Below are positions 1 to 11,226 of a DNA stretch of 64,000 bases, one piece after another. Origin of the DNA: Candidatus Bathyarchaeota archaeon (GTDB taxonomy: Archaea; Thermoproteota; Bathyarchaeia; Bathyarchaeales; DTEX01). The notes below the pieces were generated by a model. That model made no database searches. It was not told where the DNA came from and saw only the letters and a program-made list of their open reading frames with translations. The DNA lies in contig CAVQNT010000007.1 of the NCBI GenBank assembly GCA_963714275.1, positions 32,001-96,000 on the forward strand, read 5' to 3'. The translations under genes were made by a program, and so were the position numbers. Numbering within the stretch: position 1 is the first letter of the stretch; each line of letters starts with the position of its first letter.

Positions 1-333
1 GACTAGTCCAAAACGCGCGCGTACTAGTTCAAAACGAAAACGACCAACGAAGAAGAAAAGAAGCAACGATTGGTCTGTGTGGACGATTTAAAAATTTTAC
101 TAGTTAGCTAACTACAAAGTTGAAAAAAACGAATTGAGAATTTCTTCAGACTTTTTTTGGCTCTAAATTATGGCAACTTGTGGCTTGCAAATGAACTCTT
201 AGAGGATTTTTCCATTGACTAACCGTCTTTGTTTTTCCTTATTTAGAATGGAATTTCTTATGGCATAAGTGACTAAAGGAGTAGATGGGATAGCAAGCGA
301 CAAATCTGACATACTGAAAGTTGAATGAAGCAA

Positions 334-1185
334 CTAACATTTCTGACAAAATATAGGTTCGATGCCCTTGCTATTTTTGGCTAAGAGAGCGGTTTCCTTC
401 TTGGAAAGCGGTTTAAATTTTACTGCAGCATCGCAGGCCATCCACAACAGTTCCGCGTGGCTTGGGCTCACCGCAGCTGTAACAGGCAGCGAAAGAGTGA
501 ACCGGAGGGCTAAGGAGACCTCTTCTGGCGTATCCAACGGTTTGTACCAGCATTTGGGCCATATCTGTTCTTTTCCTTTTGTCTTCGCTAAAGACTTCAG
601 GGCTAATAGGGCAACACCTTTTTCTTGAGCCTTTTTTATGACTCGTGGACCGAAGTTGCCTTGGTGCCAGCATACCCAGTTTAAGGGGAAAAGAACACTA
701 TCAAACTTGAATTGTTCCATCAAAGTCATTGCAGCTTCTTCAGAGTGGGCGGAGAACCCAAGATATTTGGCCAATCCTTGCTCTCTGAGCTTTCACAAAA
801 GCTTCGATTGCTCCTCCTGATCCCATTATTTGGCTGACTTCTTCCATTGTTGTCACCCCGTGGAGTGGTACAAGTCAAAGTGGTCTGTCTGCAGGAGTCG
901 AAGGGATTTACGCAGTTCTAATTCAGCCTTCCCTTTAGTACGTTGTCCAGTTTTACACGCAAGGAAAACTGAGTCACGGTAAGGCTTAAGGGCGGGACCT
1001 AATCGCTCCTCAGCGTTCCCGTATGAGGGCGCAACATCAAAATAGTTGATGCCTCTTTCAACTGCTTGGGAGACTATGCGACTTGCTGATGATGGTTTCT
1101 CATCTCTAACTATGATACCACCGAAACCGACAACTGAGAGCTCTGGACCTGTTCTCCCAAGCCTTCTCTTCTTCATTTCAGTCAT
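334..1185 (-). CDS. Aldo/keto reductase (split by an indel)
   Basis: KRRLGRTG...VVGFGG, GINYFDVAPSYG, LACKT, DHFDLY in ORF 853-1233; continues in 334-774 (YLGFSAH, ALRFTLS). Confidence 0.85.
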
Positions 1186-1279
1186 GTTTATTCCTGCCGA
1201 ACAAATATTAGAACAGATTCTCCTACGCTCCAATGATTATTCAGGAAAGTACATAAAGGTTAGCTGAGCTTAGCTAGTT

Positions 1280-1308
1280 TAAAATTTAATACAAACCCAA
1301 AACCCAAA
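1280..1308 (+). repeat. TAAWWTTTAATCCCAAACCCAAAC-family repeat, copy 1 (degenerate)
   Basis: taaaatttaatacaaacccaaaacccaaa; related to copies at 2805, 13792 and 14484. Confidence 0.55.
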
Positions 1309-1361
1309 TTTTCTTTCTTTTATTCTCTCTATCTCTCTTTTAGTGAGCTTTGAGGAACATT

Positions 1362-2067
1362 TCACACCGACCTTGTTCGACAAGTAACCTCATGAAGAAA
1401 TCTCGCTAAGAGTGGTTCAGGTTTCCTAACGGCAAAATTAAGCTGAGGAAGAAATGCTACTCCCAAATAGAAAGGATGATTGACGAGCTTAAACCCGAAT
1501 ATTCGCTCCCTGTCAACACTGGTAGCAAGAAGTTCCAAGCCAACCTGCTCAAGCCGAGACCAGTATTCTCGGTTCACAAACCGTCCACAGCGAACTATAC
1601 CCTCTATTTTTTCAGATCCATACAGATCTGCAAGGAATCTTCCAGGGATAAGCCGGATAGACTTGAGAGGTGCGAACACATAATTGCCCATCTTCATGAA
1701 CAATAGGAACAGGGGTTGTTGGCACATATTCCACACTGTTCGCTTCCGGAAGGCCGGCGAGATGGCGTGCTACATCAACCGCTGCTGCCTGAAGTCCGCC
1801 ACAGATTCCGAGAAGAGGAATCTTTGATTCACGGGCTACCTTACAGCACACAACTTGCCCCTCGAAAGATGGAGTGGGACCATTAGGAACAATGACACCT
1901 TTTACATTAGTAATCTCGCTTACAGCTTCCATGGGATGCTTCCACAAGACATTAATCGAAACATCCATGAGGCTGGAAATCTCCTCAAGATGCTCACTGA
2001 GTGCTACATGCCCATCATTTCTTGGGTTGCGTTCGAGACAAATTAATAAGTTCATTGGATAAGTCAT
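1362..2067 (-). CDS. Stand-alone CTP synthase C-terminal-like class I glutamine amidotransferase (split by an indel)
   Basis: ARESKIPLLGICGGLQ nucleophile elbow, A+S+EY.P.T..P, NHPFYLGVAFLPQ. Confidence 0.7.
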
Positions 2068-2384
2068 AATCTCGCCTCATTCATTGCGAAATGCTGCACA
2101 ACTCATTCATATTCGACATTAATGTCGTATATCCTTCTACATTAGTAGAATATCCGAAATTACATCTCTTTTGTTGATTTTAGTTATCCATTACCCTATT
2201 TGAAGATTAAGTCCAAGGGGCTTTTTATTTTTTCCGATATTCCTGTTGCTCACATAGGTTTGAGATAAAAAATTAATCTTTTTTCTCTGACTAACTAACT
2301 AGGAACGTATTCCGTAATAAAAATTTGATGAAAATGTTAAACGGGCTCTTTGAGTTAGTTAACTTATAAATTTGAATACGTAAA

Positions 2385-2771
2385 TTGAAAAAAAATTATG
2401 GTTTATCCGTATGGGATGAAGAACGATTGACTAAGAATAATAAGAAACAAAAAGGTCTCGCCAAGGCGCAAAGCACAGTTTTAGCTGATCTAATTAACTA
2501 TCAAGAAGGCTCTATTGTCAGCCGCACATTGATTGATAAGAAAGCTGGAACCGTAACGGTTTTCGCTTTTGATGAAGGACAAGGTCTAAGTGAACATACT
2601 GCACCTTACGATGCCATTGTTTACATAATCGACGGGGAAGCTGAAATCGTCATTTCAGGCAAAATCATAACTGCAAAAGAGGGTGAAATGGTCATCATGC
2701 CAGCACACCGACCGCACGCTTTAAAGGCAGTAAAAAAATATAAAATGCTCTTGATAATGATACGGTCTTGA
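2385..2771 (+). CDS. Cupin domain protein
   Basis: FAFDEGQGLSEHTAPYDA...GEMVIMPAHRPHAL cupin motifs. Confidence 0.9.
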   Translation: MKKNYGLSVWDEERLTKNNKKQKGLAKAQSTVLADLINYQEGSIVSRTLIDKKAGTVTVFAFDEGQGLSEHTAPYDAIVYIIDGEAEIVISGKIITAKEGEMVIMPAHRPHALKAVKKYKMLLIMIRS

Positions 2772-2804
2772 AGTTAACATCTTAGACCCAAAAAAACTTT
2801 TAAT

Positions 2805-2826
2805 TAGGTTTGGGGATTAAAAATTA
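2805..2826 (-). repeat. TAAWWTTTAATCCCAAACC-family repeat, copy 2 (inverted relative to copy 1)
   Basis: taggtttggggattaaaaatta; reverse complement taatttttaatccccaaaccta. Confidence 0.6.
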
Positions 2827-3314
2827 TTTTTTCTTCTTATTGTATTTTCCTTCCTAACTCCTTAGATTCACTACATAGAGATCGACAGATAGTGAGCTTG
2901 CTGCAACAATGAACAAAATTCATCAAGCTACTATGATGAAAATTCAGAGATTTGGTTTAGAAGAAGAAGGAAACTGCAAAACACAAAATTCTTCTTCTTC
3001 TTGTTTAGTTGTTCCAGATGTGCTTCCGAGCGTTGAGAAAGCCCTTAAGGTGTCAGGTTTTAACCAGGTTTACTGTCAAATCAAAACGGTGAAAAATATA
3101 GGATTCTACAAATTCCGTAATATCAATGTATCAATTTTTCAGTTTTGTATTCAAATGTCTTATAAACTCATACGATATGAACCGGCTGTCCAGACCGATG
3201 GTTGTGATAGTTAAAATGAATAAACCTGAATACGAAAAATATTTAGTTAAAATATATAACCATGTTTCATCGTTTTTTATTAATCCATATGAATATTAAG
3301 AGAGAGATACAAAA

Positions 3315-3554
3315 ATGACTAAAAAACCAGAAAAACAAACCAACTACACATATATGGATTTACTGACAGAAGCCATTACGAACCATGAAAGAAAGTTAAA
3401 TGAGATAATTATAAGGCTAAACAAAGTGGTCAATGAATTTACAGGAATAACGAACCCAGAATCTTCACAACAAACGGAACAACAACCTGTGGAAGATGAT
3501 GAACCAGAAGAGGATCTATCTGCTCTACTTAAAACAGCACATGGTATGTTATAA
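3315..3554 (+). CDS. Small hypothetical coiled-coil protein with acidic tail
   Basis: ATG start, heptad pattern DLLTEAITNHERKLNEIIIRL. Confidence 0.55.
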   Translation: MTKKPEKQTNYTYMDLLTEAITNHERKLNEIIIRLNKVVNEFTGITNPESSQQTEQQPVEDDEPEEDLSALLKTAHGML

Positions 3555-4094
3555 AGCAAACAATTAGAAACAAATTTTCTTTTAATATTCTATTTCTTAT
3601 TGGTTGGTTTAGATTAAGATTATTCTTCGTTAAGAATATGATGAGCCTTTTGGACTTGTTCATCAGGAAAGTCAGATATGAGTTCATTCGGCACCTTTGT
3701 AACTATTTGTAGATTCATCTGAATTTTTGGCTGTCTTATATTTTATATTACTAAAGTATAACCACATATAGATGCTGAAATGGATAAGTAAACTATTGTG
3801 ACAATAAAGTTGTTTTCGCTCAGATAAGGAATAATTTCATCTATAAGAAGAAACTCGCCAAACACAGCAGTAAAAAAAAGAAAATCTTTTTCATGTTTTC
3901 TCCTTTAAAGTGAGCCCTCAGTGACAGGGCTATTAAGACAAAAAGGTTAGTCAAGACAATAATCTGTAGAGGACCCATTTCTTACCCCATAAAAGTTATG
4001 GATGATATACTTTTAAAAGGTATTGAACTGCTGATCCAGACTACTATTTATAGTTGAGAACAGGCAAAGAAGGTAGAAAAATTTTGATTGAAAG

Positions 4095-4742
4095 TTAAAC
4101 CTTGCTTTTCTTTGTTGCATACATTAGTGTACTTAATAGATCTATTCCATATTTTTGAATATCATGTATCTGCCCAATTTGTTCTTCAACCTTGGATAAT
4201 TCTTCACGCCTTTCATTCAAAACTGCATGTATCTTTTTCCTATTACGTTCTAGCTTAGGAATTAGTTGATTTATCTCCTCAGATTTTACTTGCTTTTCTT
4301 GGATTTCTTTTTCGAGTAGTTCTATTTCTTCTTTCTTACTTAGAATGTAGCTGTCTAAATCTTGTTTTTTCACGTTAAGTTTTGGTATTAATTCCTCAAT
4401 TTCGGCAATTTGTTTTTCTTTTTCATTAATTTGCTTTGTTAAAAGTTCCATTTTTTCATTAAGTTGAGGAATCAACGAGGATGTTGTTTCAATTTTTGCG
4501 GTTATTCCCTTCTTTATTTTTTCGAATTCTGCAAGTTCATCTCTTAAATTGTTTAGGATATTGAATATGTCTCCATTATCAGATTCATCTTTCTGGAGAA
4601 GAGTAAGAGTTCCGTGTTCTTCTTCAACATTTACTTCATTCGATTTTACTTGTTCTTCCTGTTTGTCATAATTTCCCACTTCTTTTTCAGTAGTGAGGTC
4701 TGATGCTGTTTTCTCTGATTTTCCTTTCTTGAATATACCCAT
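4095..4742 (-). CDS. Coiled-coil protein with LIP(K/Q)L repeats and basic N-terminus (MGIFKKGK)
   Basis: Long heptad repeat; SSLIPQL, EELIPKL, NQLIPKL; ends QKYGIDLLSTL; paralog of 6209-6955. Confidence 0.75.
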   Translation of the reverse strand: MGIFKKGKSEKTASDLTTEKEVGNYDKQEEQVKSNEVNVEEEHGTLTLLQKDESDNGDIFNILNNLRDELAEFEKIKKGITAKIETTSSLIPQLNEKMELLTKQINEKEKQIAEIEELIPKLNVKKQDLDSYILSKKEEIELLEKEIQEKQVKSEEINQLIPKLERNRKKIHAVLNERREELSKVEEQIGQIHDIQKYGIDLLSTLMYATKKSKV

Positions 4743-4785
4743 CCATATCACCAATGCAGTATGTTTCTTGTTGGTCACGAACTAC

Positions 4786-4854
4786 ATGGAAAACTAATTA
4801 ATATTAGAATTATGAATTTGGTATCTGAACTGTGAGTCCATTAGTTTTTCCATG
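4786..4854. promoter_or_regulatory. Inverted repeat enclosing a 17-bp motif shared with 6142-6158
   Basis: catggaaaactaat (4786-4799) versus attagtttttccatg (4840-4854); atattagaattatgaat at 4801-4817. Confidence 0.55.
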
Positions 4855-4961
4855 AAGGTTCTAAATATTGTCAATATTATGCTTCACCAGCACATTTTAT
4901 ATATAAAAATGATTCACTAGATGGAAAAGCTTATAAAAGGACTCTAAATATAAATCAACAA

Positions 4962-5789
4962 TTGGTTATCAATTTGAGCAGCAAAGGTCAAAGGTCAATT
5001 GTCTTAGGTTTCGCATTCTTTTGTATATGGTTATCGTTCTTTGTCTTAGTGTATCTTATACTTTTCATAAATCAGCAGCAAATACTCAGTATTCAAATAG
5101 ATTTTGACATGCAATTAATTGAAAGTTTTATTGGATGGGAGTTGACAAAGCAAATCACGTGGGCTGTTTTAATATTTCCATGTCTTGTAGGGTTTTTTTT
5201 CGTAGTTAACCGGCTAAAGGAAAAAAATTCCAACTACATGATTTTTCTTCTAACTATTTTATACTTGGGATTCGTTCTAACCTTCGAGTACTGCGTCTTG
5301 AAACTAATTTGGTCTTTTCAGCTCATTAAAAAATATGAAACTCTGTTAGGAACAGCATTTGTTGAAACCGATCCTATTCAAAGCTTCCTGTTCATTCATA
5401 CTGGTGCCATGACCCCTCAAGGCATTGTTATTGTTGCAGCGTTACTGGGAATTACGGCAGTTCTATTCTTCCAGCTCCCGCAATTTGGCGCTCTAAGAAA
5501 AGCAAGGCCAGAAGAGGAAGTAGAACTAGTAGGGAAAGCGCATGAACTGGTCGAAGAAAAACCGAGAAATAATAATGAAGATTTAAAAAAAGTTAAAGGT
5601 ATTGGTCCGATGATAGCTGAAAAGCTTATAAAAGTGGGCATTAAGAGCTTGGCAGATTTAGCGAATTCCAACTCCCAGAAAGTTGCAGGAGCACTCGATA
5701 TTTCTAATGAGAGTGCCATCGTCTTTATCAATGTGGCTAGTTCTCTGATAAAGGCCAAAAAAACCTCCAAAAAACTTAAAATAGAATAA
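4962..5789 (+). CDS. Membrane protein (about 4 TM) with C-terminal helix-hairpin-helix domain
   Basis: Four hydrophobic segments followed by EDLKKVKGIGPMIAEKLIKVGIKSLADLA. Confidence 0.8.
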   Translation: MVINLSSKGQRSIVLGFAFFCIWLSFFVLVYLILFINQQQILSIQIDFDMQLIESFIGWELTKQITWAVLIFPCLVGFFFVVNRLKEKNSNYMIFLLTILYLGFVLTFEYCVLKLIWSFQLIKKYETLLGTAFVETDPIQSFLFIHTGAMTPQGIVIVAALLGITAVLFFQLPQFGALRKARPEEEVELVGKAHELVEEKPRNNNEDLKKVKGIGPMIAEKLIKVGIKSLADLANSNSQKVAGALDISNESAIVFINVASSLIKAKKTSKKLKIE

Positions 5790-6141
5790 ACCCCCAACAG
5801 GGTAATTTTTTTGCCAAGAGATTGTTCTATGAAAAAGGAGTTAGAATTAAAATTTTTATGATATTTCCCTATTTAGAAGGATTCCGAATCCATATTTTCT
5901 ATTCATAACCTTAATGTACAATAAATATTTAGATTCATTCTGCCAACCATACCAGTCTGCAAGAGGTGAAGCTTTAGTACCGACGGTTAATTAAAAGAAC
6001 ATTCTAAAACTGCCCACGTACCCGTCGGTGCTAATCATCCCTTAAAGAAAATAATGCTTGCAGTTCAGTATCCTAAAGCTAGCTCAGCTAATATTTCATA
6101 TCATATTCTTGCCCGAAATGAAGTGTTGATACTTACTCTAT

Positions 6142-6158
6142 ATTCATAATTCTAATAT
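6142..6158 (+). promoter_or_regulatory. 17-bp motif ATTCATAATTCTAATAT upstream of the SAP/coiled-coil gene
   Basis: Exact reverse complement of 4801-4817; both copies lie 50-60 bp upstream of paralogous ATGs. Confidence 0.6.
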
Positions 6159-6208
6159 CTTCTATGCGTTTTCAATTTTCCAAATATCGGTCAGCGTAGG
6201 CGATATAG

Positions 6209-6955
6209 ATGGGTCTATTTAGGAAAAAAAGTCTGAAGCACAGATTGATACTACTGCTGAAATAAAAAAGGAGAGATTTTTAAAGGAAGTGAAGCAACAG
6301 GAAGATGAAGAACAGTTACAACTATCCTATGAACCTTCTGAAGATGATGGATTGTGGCAGATGTCGATGCCTGAACTGTGGAAGATGGCTTCTAGCCTCG
6401 GAATTTCCAAGAAGGGGCGAAAAGAGGAGCTGATAAAAAGGATTCTTGATGCTCAGAAATCCGAGGTGCAGGTAATTCATGATGATAAGAACTTAAATGG
6501 CACACTAGATCAGTTAAGAAACGAATTACGTGAGTATGAGAGAATTAGAGAGGAAATAAAGACAAAGATCGCGTCAACATCGGAGTTAATTCCAAAACTC
6601 GATGAAAGAAAAGAATTTCTAGAGAAAGATATTAACCAGATGCAGCAAAGAATTACTGAGGTAACCGAGCTTTTTCCGAAGCTCGAAGATGAAAATGAAA
6701 GCCTTCAAAAAGACATACAAGAAAAACTTAGAATAAAGATACTTCTGGAAAAAAGAGATTACTGAAAGAAGAGGGAAGATTGAAGAGATAGCCAATCTCC
6801 TCCCGAAGCTTAAAAGAAACAAAGAAGATACTCAGAAAAGCATGCAACACAACCAGGAAGAAATTTCAAAAATCGATGTACAAATCAAGCAGATTCAGAA
6901 TTTCCAAAAGTATGGCTTGAATTTACTTAACACATCTTTATATATGATAGAGTAG
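6209..6955 (+). CDS. SAP-domain coiled-coil protein (split by indels)
   Basis: ATG at 6209 (MGLFRKK); SAP-like LWQMSMPELWKMASSLGISKKGRKEELIKRI; SELIPKL, TELFPKL, ANLLPKL; ends QKYGLNLLNTSL. Confidence 0.7.
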
Positions 6956-7200
6956 AGCAAGAAATAAAACTCGCTGTTCTCTACGCATTCTTGCGATGCG
7001 AAAACCCGAAAAATGACTTATAATAAATAAGAACGAAGTACAATTCCTATGGATTATAATAAAAATGAGTTGCATTGAAACTAGCTGACTGCAGTTGGCT
7101 AAAAGCCACAGGCTGGCTCTGTCAAAATTGGGCGACCAAAGATGCTTGCTCTTTATATTGCCATATTGTCACACAATTTTCTGCCTAAACGTTGGCTTCA

Positions 7201-8220
7201 TTAAAGAAACATGGGATTTGTCCACGCTGTTTTGCCACGTTTGTCCGAGGCTTCCACACGCAAGTATCTCCTAAAGATGCTGCCTTCGACCTTTAACTGT
7301 TCAATGCCTTTTTTGCTGAAGATTATTTTGGCTTTCCATGCCCTTCCATCCAGATATGCCGTGGTTATTTCGCCTTCCACGTTTGCTTCAACATGATTGT
7401 ACATACGCGTCATTCCCTTTCTTTCAGCAGGCTCCTTCCATGCTTTCAGCAGCACTCGGAGATTGTTCATGTCGATGCAGAATCCTCTGCCATCGTGCGA
7501 GACCATGTTTACCCTAAAAACGGGAGTAGACTTCAGACGGACTACACGGTCAGACATCTCAAGTGCCTTTATTTCAGGTCCCGTGGAAGAATAGAATTGT
7601 CCCGTTTTTAGCAATTTAATTGTTGTCGCGGAGTCATCAGCGTTTTTTACCCACACCCATCCTCCGTCGGCATCAATTGGTGGAACGGAATATCGGTGAG
7701 CATCGTCCACAGCGCAGCCCCAACACTTAACGCCTGATGACAAGAGCGAGTCCCAGTGGGTCACAGCGTAGCCCTTCGCCACTTCGACATCGCATCCTGT
7801 GTTGTAAACTTCGATTCCAGCGTAACCCTTCAAGCATTCAAGGTCTTCGTGCACTAGACTGGACCATGACGGGTGAGCGATGATTGCTAAGCCTCCTGCA
7901 CTGTTAATCTCATCAATAACTTCTTGTGGACTACTGAGATTGTTACATCTTGGGTTATCGACACCTAATCCTACGATGTGGTAGGGTTCTTTCATTCGGC
8001 TTTCTCCCTTCGCCACTTCTAAGCCTGTCAGAAACGTGCCTTCTCGGCTATTATTGTGATCTTTAGTTACCTTGCCATGGTCCGTTATCACTAATAAACC
8101 ATATTTTTTTGAATGGTAAAAGTCAGCGACCTCTTTTGGCGAAAGAAACCCATCTGAGGACGTGGTGTGACAGTGCAGCGAACCTTTAACCCACGATTTG
8201 TCAACTTCCAGCCTGTACAT
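7201..8220 (-). CDS. PHP-family (CehA/McbA-like) metallohydrolase
   Basis: KGSLHCHTTSSDG, ITDH, IIAHP, IEVYN, DDAH, AWTNP. Confidence 0.85.
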   Translation of the reverse strand: MYRLEVDKSWVKGSLHCHTTSSDGFLSPKEVADFYHSKKYGLLVITDHGKVTKDHNNSREGTFLTGLEVAKGESRMKEPYHIVGLGVDNPRCNNLSSPQEVIDEINSAGGLAIIAHPSWSSLVHEDLECLKGYAGIEVYNTGCDVEVAKGYAVTHWDSLLSSGVKCWGCAVDDAHRYSVPPIDADGGWVWVKNADDSATTIKLLKTGQFYSSTGPEIKALEMSDRVVRLKSTPVFRVNMVSHDGRGFCIDMNNLRVLLKAWKEPAERKGMTRMYNHVEANVEGEITTAYLDGRAWKAKIIFSKKGIEQLKVEGSIFRRYLRVEASDKRGKTAWTNPMFL

Positions 8221-8354
8221 GCTACCACCTTATATCCGCAAACGCAGTACGCACATTAAATGCTTTATCAAAACATCTAACAAAATTAATAGTGCCGACT
8301 ACGAAAGATTCTTAAAGTTAAAAAAAATGAAAAAAGGAAAAAGGGAACGGTAAC

Positions 8355-10005
8355 CTAGTATCCTCCAGGCATGCCAGGGGGCATACCAGAAGGAGGCATC
8401 TCTGGTCCTTTAGGCTTAGACGCAGCGATTACGTCGTCTATTCTTAGAATCATGCATGCTGTTTCGGAAGTCTGATTTTATGGCGTGTTCTTTGACGATT
8501 GCTGGTTCGATGACGCCCTTCTTTCGCATATCCATGATTTTTCCGCTGAACACGTCGACGCCTATCGTTGCTCCTTTAGGTTTCTCGTGAGCTGCTCTCA
8601 ATTCAGAGATTATGTCGATGGGTTCAAGCCCAGCGTTCTCAGAAAGTGTCCACGGAATAACCTCTAGGCTTTCCGCGAAAGCGTTCACTGCGAGCTGTTC
8701 TCTGCCCCCAACTTTGGGTGCGTAGTCTCGTAGTTGCTTGGCTAACTCAGCTTCAATTGCTCCGCCGCCTGAAACGATTTTACCGTGTTCAACGACGTCG
8801 CGGACGACCGAAAGCGCGTCATTAAGTGCACGTTCAGCTTCGTCGACCATTCTTTCCAGTCCAGCTCGAACGAGGATTGTGACTGACTGTGGGTCTTTGC
8901 AATCCTCAACGAAGATCATCTTGTCGTTGCCTATCTTACGTTCCTCAACAAGCCCTGCTTCCCCAAGGTCTTCATGTCTCAGATCGTCAAGGTTCACCAC
9001 AATCTTAGCTTTAGTGGCTCTAGAAAGTTTTTCCATGTCAGACTCTTTAACCCTCGTCGCAGCCATTATTCCTTCTTTTGCTAGGAAGTGTTGGGCCATA
9101 TCGTCAATGCCTTTCTGGCAGAGAACGATGTTAGCTCCAGACTTCTTGATTTTGTTAATCATATCCTGTAACATGTGGGTTTCCTGGTCTAAGAAAGCTT
9201 TGACTTGGGATGGGTCCTTAATCCTTACCTCAGCGCTGAACTCTGTCTTCTCAACCTCTAAAGCAGCGTTAACTAGGCATACCTTTGCTTTCTCTATTCT
9301 CTTAGGCATTCCTGCGTGTGCGGCTTCTTTGTCTATGATGACACCTTTTATGAGGCTGGTTTCAAAGAGGCTTTTACCAACTTTTTTCACGATTTGAATC
9401 TGGTCGATGTCTGCGACTTTTCTGTCCCCGCGCTGTTCAGTTATCTGCTTCACTGCCTCTATAGCGACTTCTGACAAATGACTTTTCTCGTAACCAACAA
9501 TTTTACTCGACATAGAGGTTTCAGCAATCTTCCTCAGTATTTCGGCGTCATCAAACGCAACATCTTCAGCGACCTTGTTTAGTATCTTAACCGTCATGTC
9601 TGCAGCTTTCCTGTACCCGCTTACAATGGAGATTGGGTGAATGTCCTGTTCCAGCAGACTTTCAGCTTTCCTTAACAGTTCACCTGACAGTACTACTACT
9701 GTTGTTGTGCCGTCTCCGACCATGTCGTCCTGGGTTTTTGCAATTTCAGCCATCATTTTTGCAGCTGGGTGTTCGATGTCCATGTCTTTCAGGATTGATG
9801 CTCCATCGTTTGTGATCGTTATGTCTCCAAGGTTATCAATCAACATCTTGTCCATTCCACGTGGACCAAGCGTTGTCTTCAGAACCTCAGCGACTGCCTT
9901 TGCTGCAGTAATGTTTGATTTTTGTGCTTCCTTCTTTCTTGTTCGTCCGGTACCTTCCTTCAAAATTAAAACTGGCTGTCCGCCTTGCATAGTTAAATAT
10001 GCCAT
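8355..10005 (-). CDS. Thermosome subunit (group II chaperonin), indel near C-terminus
   Basis: [23 protein letters not shown]; [10 protein letters not shown] tail ending at 8355. Confidence 0.95.
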
Positions 10006-10120
10006 TCTGATTTCCTCATATCTTCTTAAGTATGTCCTTTAAACATTCAATGTCTTAAATATAAGTTTTTCATTTTACGCTAAAAGAAAACAAAGAAAAA
10101 CAGAGAATTATGCCCTAATT

Positions 10121-10336
10121 TTACCTTCCCAATATTTTTTCTGAAGCACGTCTGATGTCTTCGGATTTGATTGTTTTCCTGCCTGCGTGCATGGACCAGT
10201 CTATGGCTTCTTTTCCGATTTTTACGCCAATTTCTTCAAGAACCTTGCCCATCTCCTTGGCAGCTGGTTCACTTACTCTTTCTGCGCCTGCTTTTTTGCA
10301 GATTCTGTGCATAGCTGCTAATGCTAATTCGCCCAT
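10121..10336 (-). CDS. Archaeal histone (HMf family), chromosomal
   Basis: ELALAAMHRICKKAGAERVS...HAGRKTIKSEDI. Confidence 0.93.
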   Translation of the reverse strand: MGELALAAMHRICKKAGAERVSEPAAKEMGKVLEEIGVKIGKEAIDWSMHAGRKTIKSEDIRRASEKILGR

Positions 10337-10532
10337 AACAATTCCTCTATCCGTTATGGATAAGTAGGCTTATTTAACCCTTTTTCTGCGAAAAGGAAAA
10401 GAATTCCTTTTTCTGGCTTTATCGAATCATTATTCTTATATATTAGGTTTGGAAAGATTCCAGAAAAGGTAGGCTGCGTAAAGACGCTGCAAGATGAAGT
10501 TTAAATCGATTAAAGAAAAAAAGAAAGGATGA

Positions 10533-10757
10533 GTGAACTTGGGAAACGTACGCCCAGAAAAAGTGAAAAGGATTGCTCGTGAACTCTTCGAAAAGCATCC
10601 CACCATGTTTACTACTGATTTTGAACAAAACAAGAATCTCTTGAAGACAATGATGAGCACACCGTCGAAGAGTCTGAGGAACATGATAATAGGTTACGTA
10701 ACCCGATTGGTCATTCTATCTCAACCAGAAGACTCCTCAGAAACCGAAGAACCTTAA
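10533..10757 (+). CDS. rps17e: 30S ribosomal protein S17e
   Basis: GNVRPEKVKRIARELF...FTTDFEQNK...SKSLRNMIIGYVT. Confidence 0.93.
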   Translation: MNLGNVRPEKVKRIARELFEKHPTMFTTDFEQNKNLLKTMMSTPSKSLRNMIIGYVTRLVILSQPEDSSETEEP

Positions 10758-10829
10758 ATAACTAGTCCAAATAAGAAACAAATAACCTTATTTCAATAAC
10801 AGAAATAAATAAAAAGGTTAATTGGGCAA

Positions 10830-11203
10830 GTGGCAAAAAGGATGATCGACGATTTCCGTAAAGGTTGGGCTTTACGCTACATGAGGGAGGCTGAAGACGA
10901 AATAAGAGCAAGCCAGAAGTCCGCCCAGTCATTCGGTCTCATTCTTGACGCAGCAAGGAAAGCTCAGCTGCAGTGTACTATAGCCTCGGAGACCCGTTCT
11001 ACATTGAGAGTCTTGTCCACGAAGTCTTCCACAACAACCAAAATGTTCAAGACCCCATCCTCCGTTGTTTGGTCGACATCGAAAACACGCTGCAGAGGAT
11101 AGAAAACCTTCCAGAGTCGTCCGGCGAAGAAGCCTTCAAGGACGCTGACGAAGTCGTAAAAACCGCGGCTGGAATAGTAAATCTATTGGTCTCCGAAGAC
11201 TAA
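10830..11203 (+). CDS. Hypothetical alpha-helical protein (split by an indel)
   Basis: Overlapping ORFs 10830-11102 and 10973-11203 join at AARKAQ/YYSLGDP. Confidence 0.6.
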
Positions 11204-11226
11204 TCAAGGATTATCAATACGACTTT

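Noticed and set aside
2909-3214. 101-aa ORF
   Set aside because: No recognisable motifs, AT-rich, probably spurious or a fragment
8738-9397. Long antisense ORFs (also 30077-30739, 43127-43630 and others)
   Set aside because: Shadow frames of well-supported genes on the opposite strand
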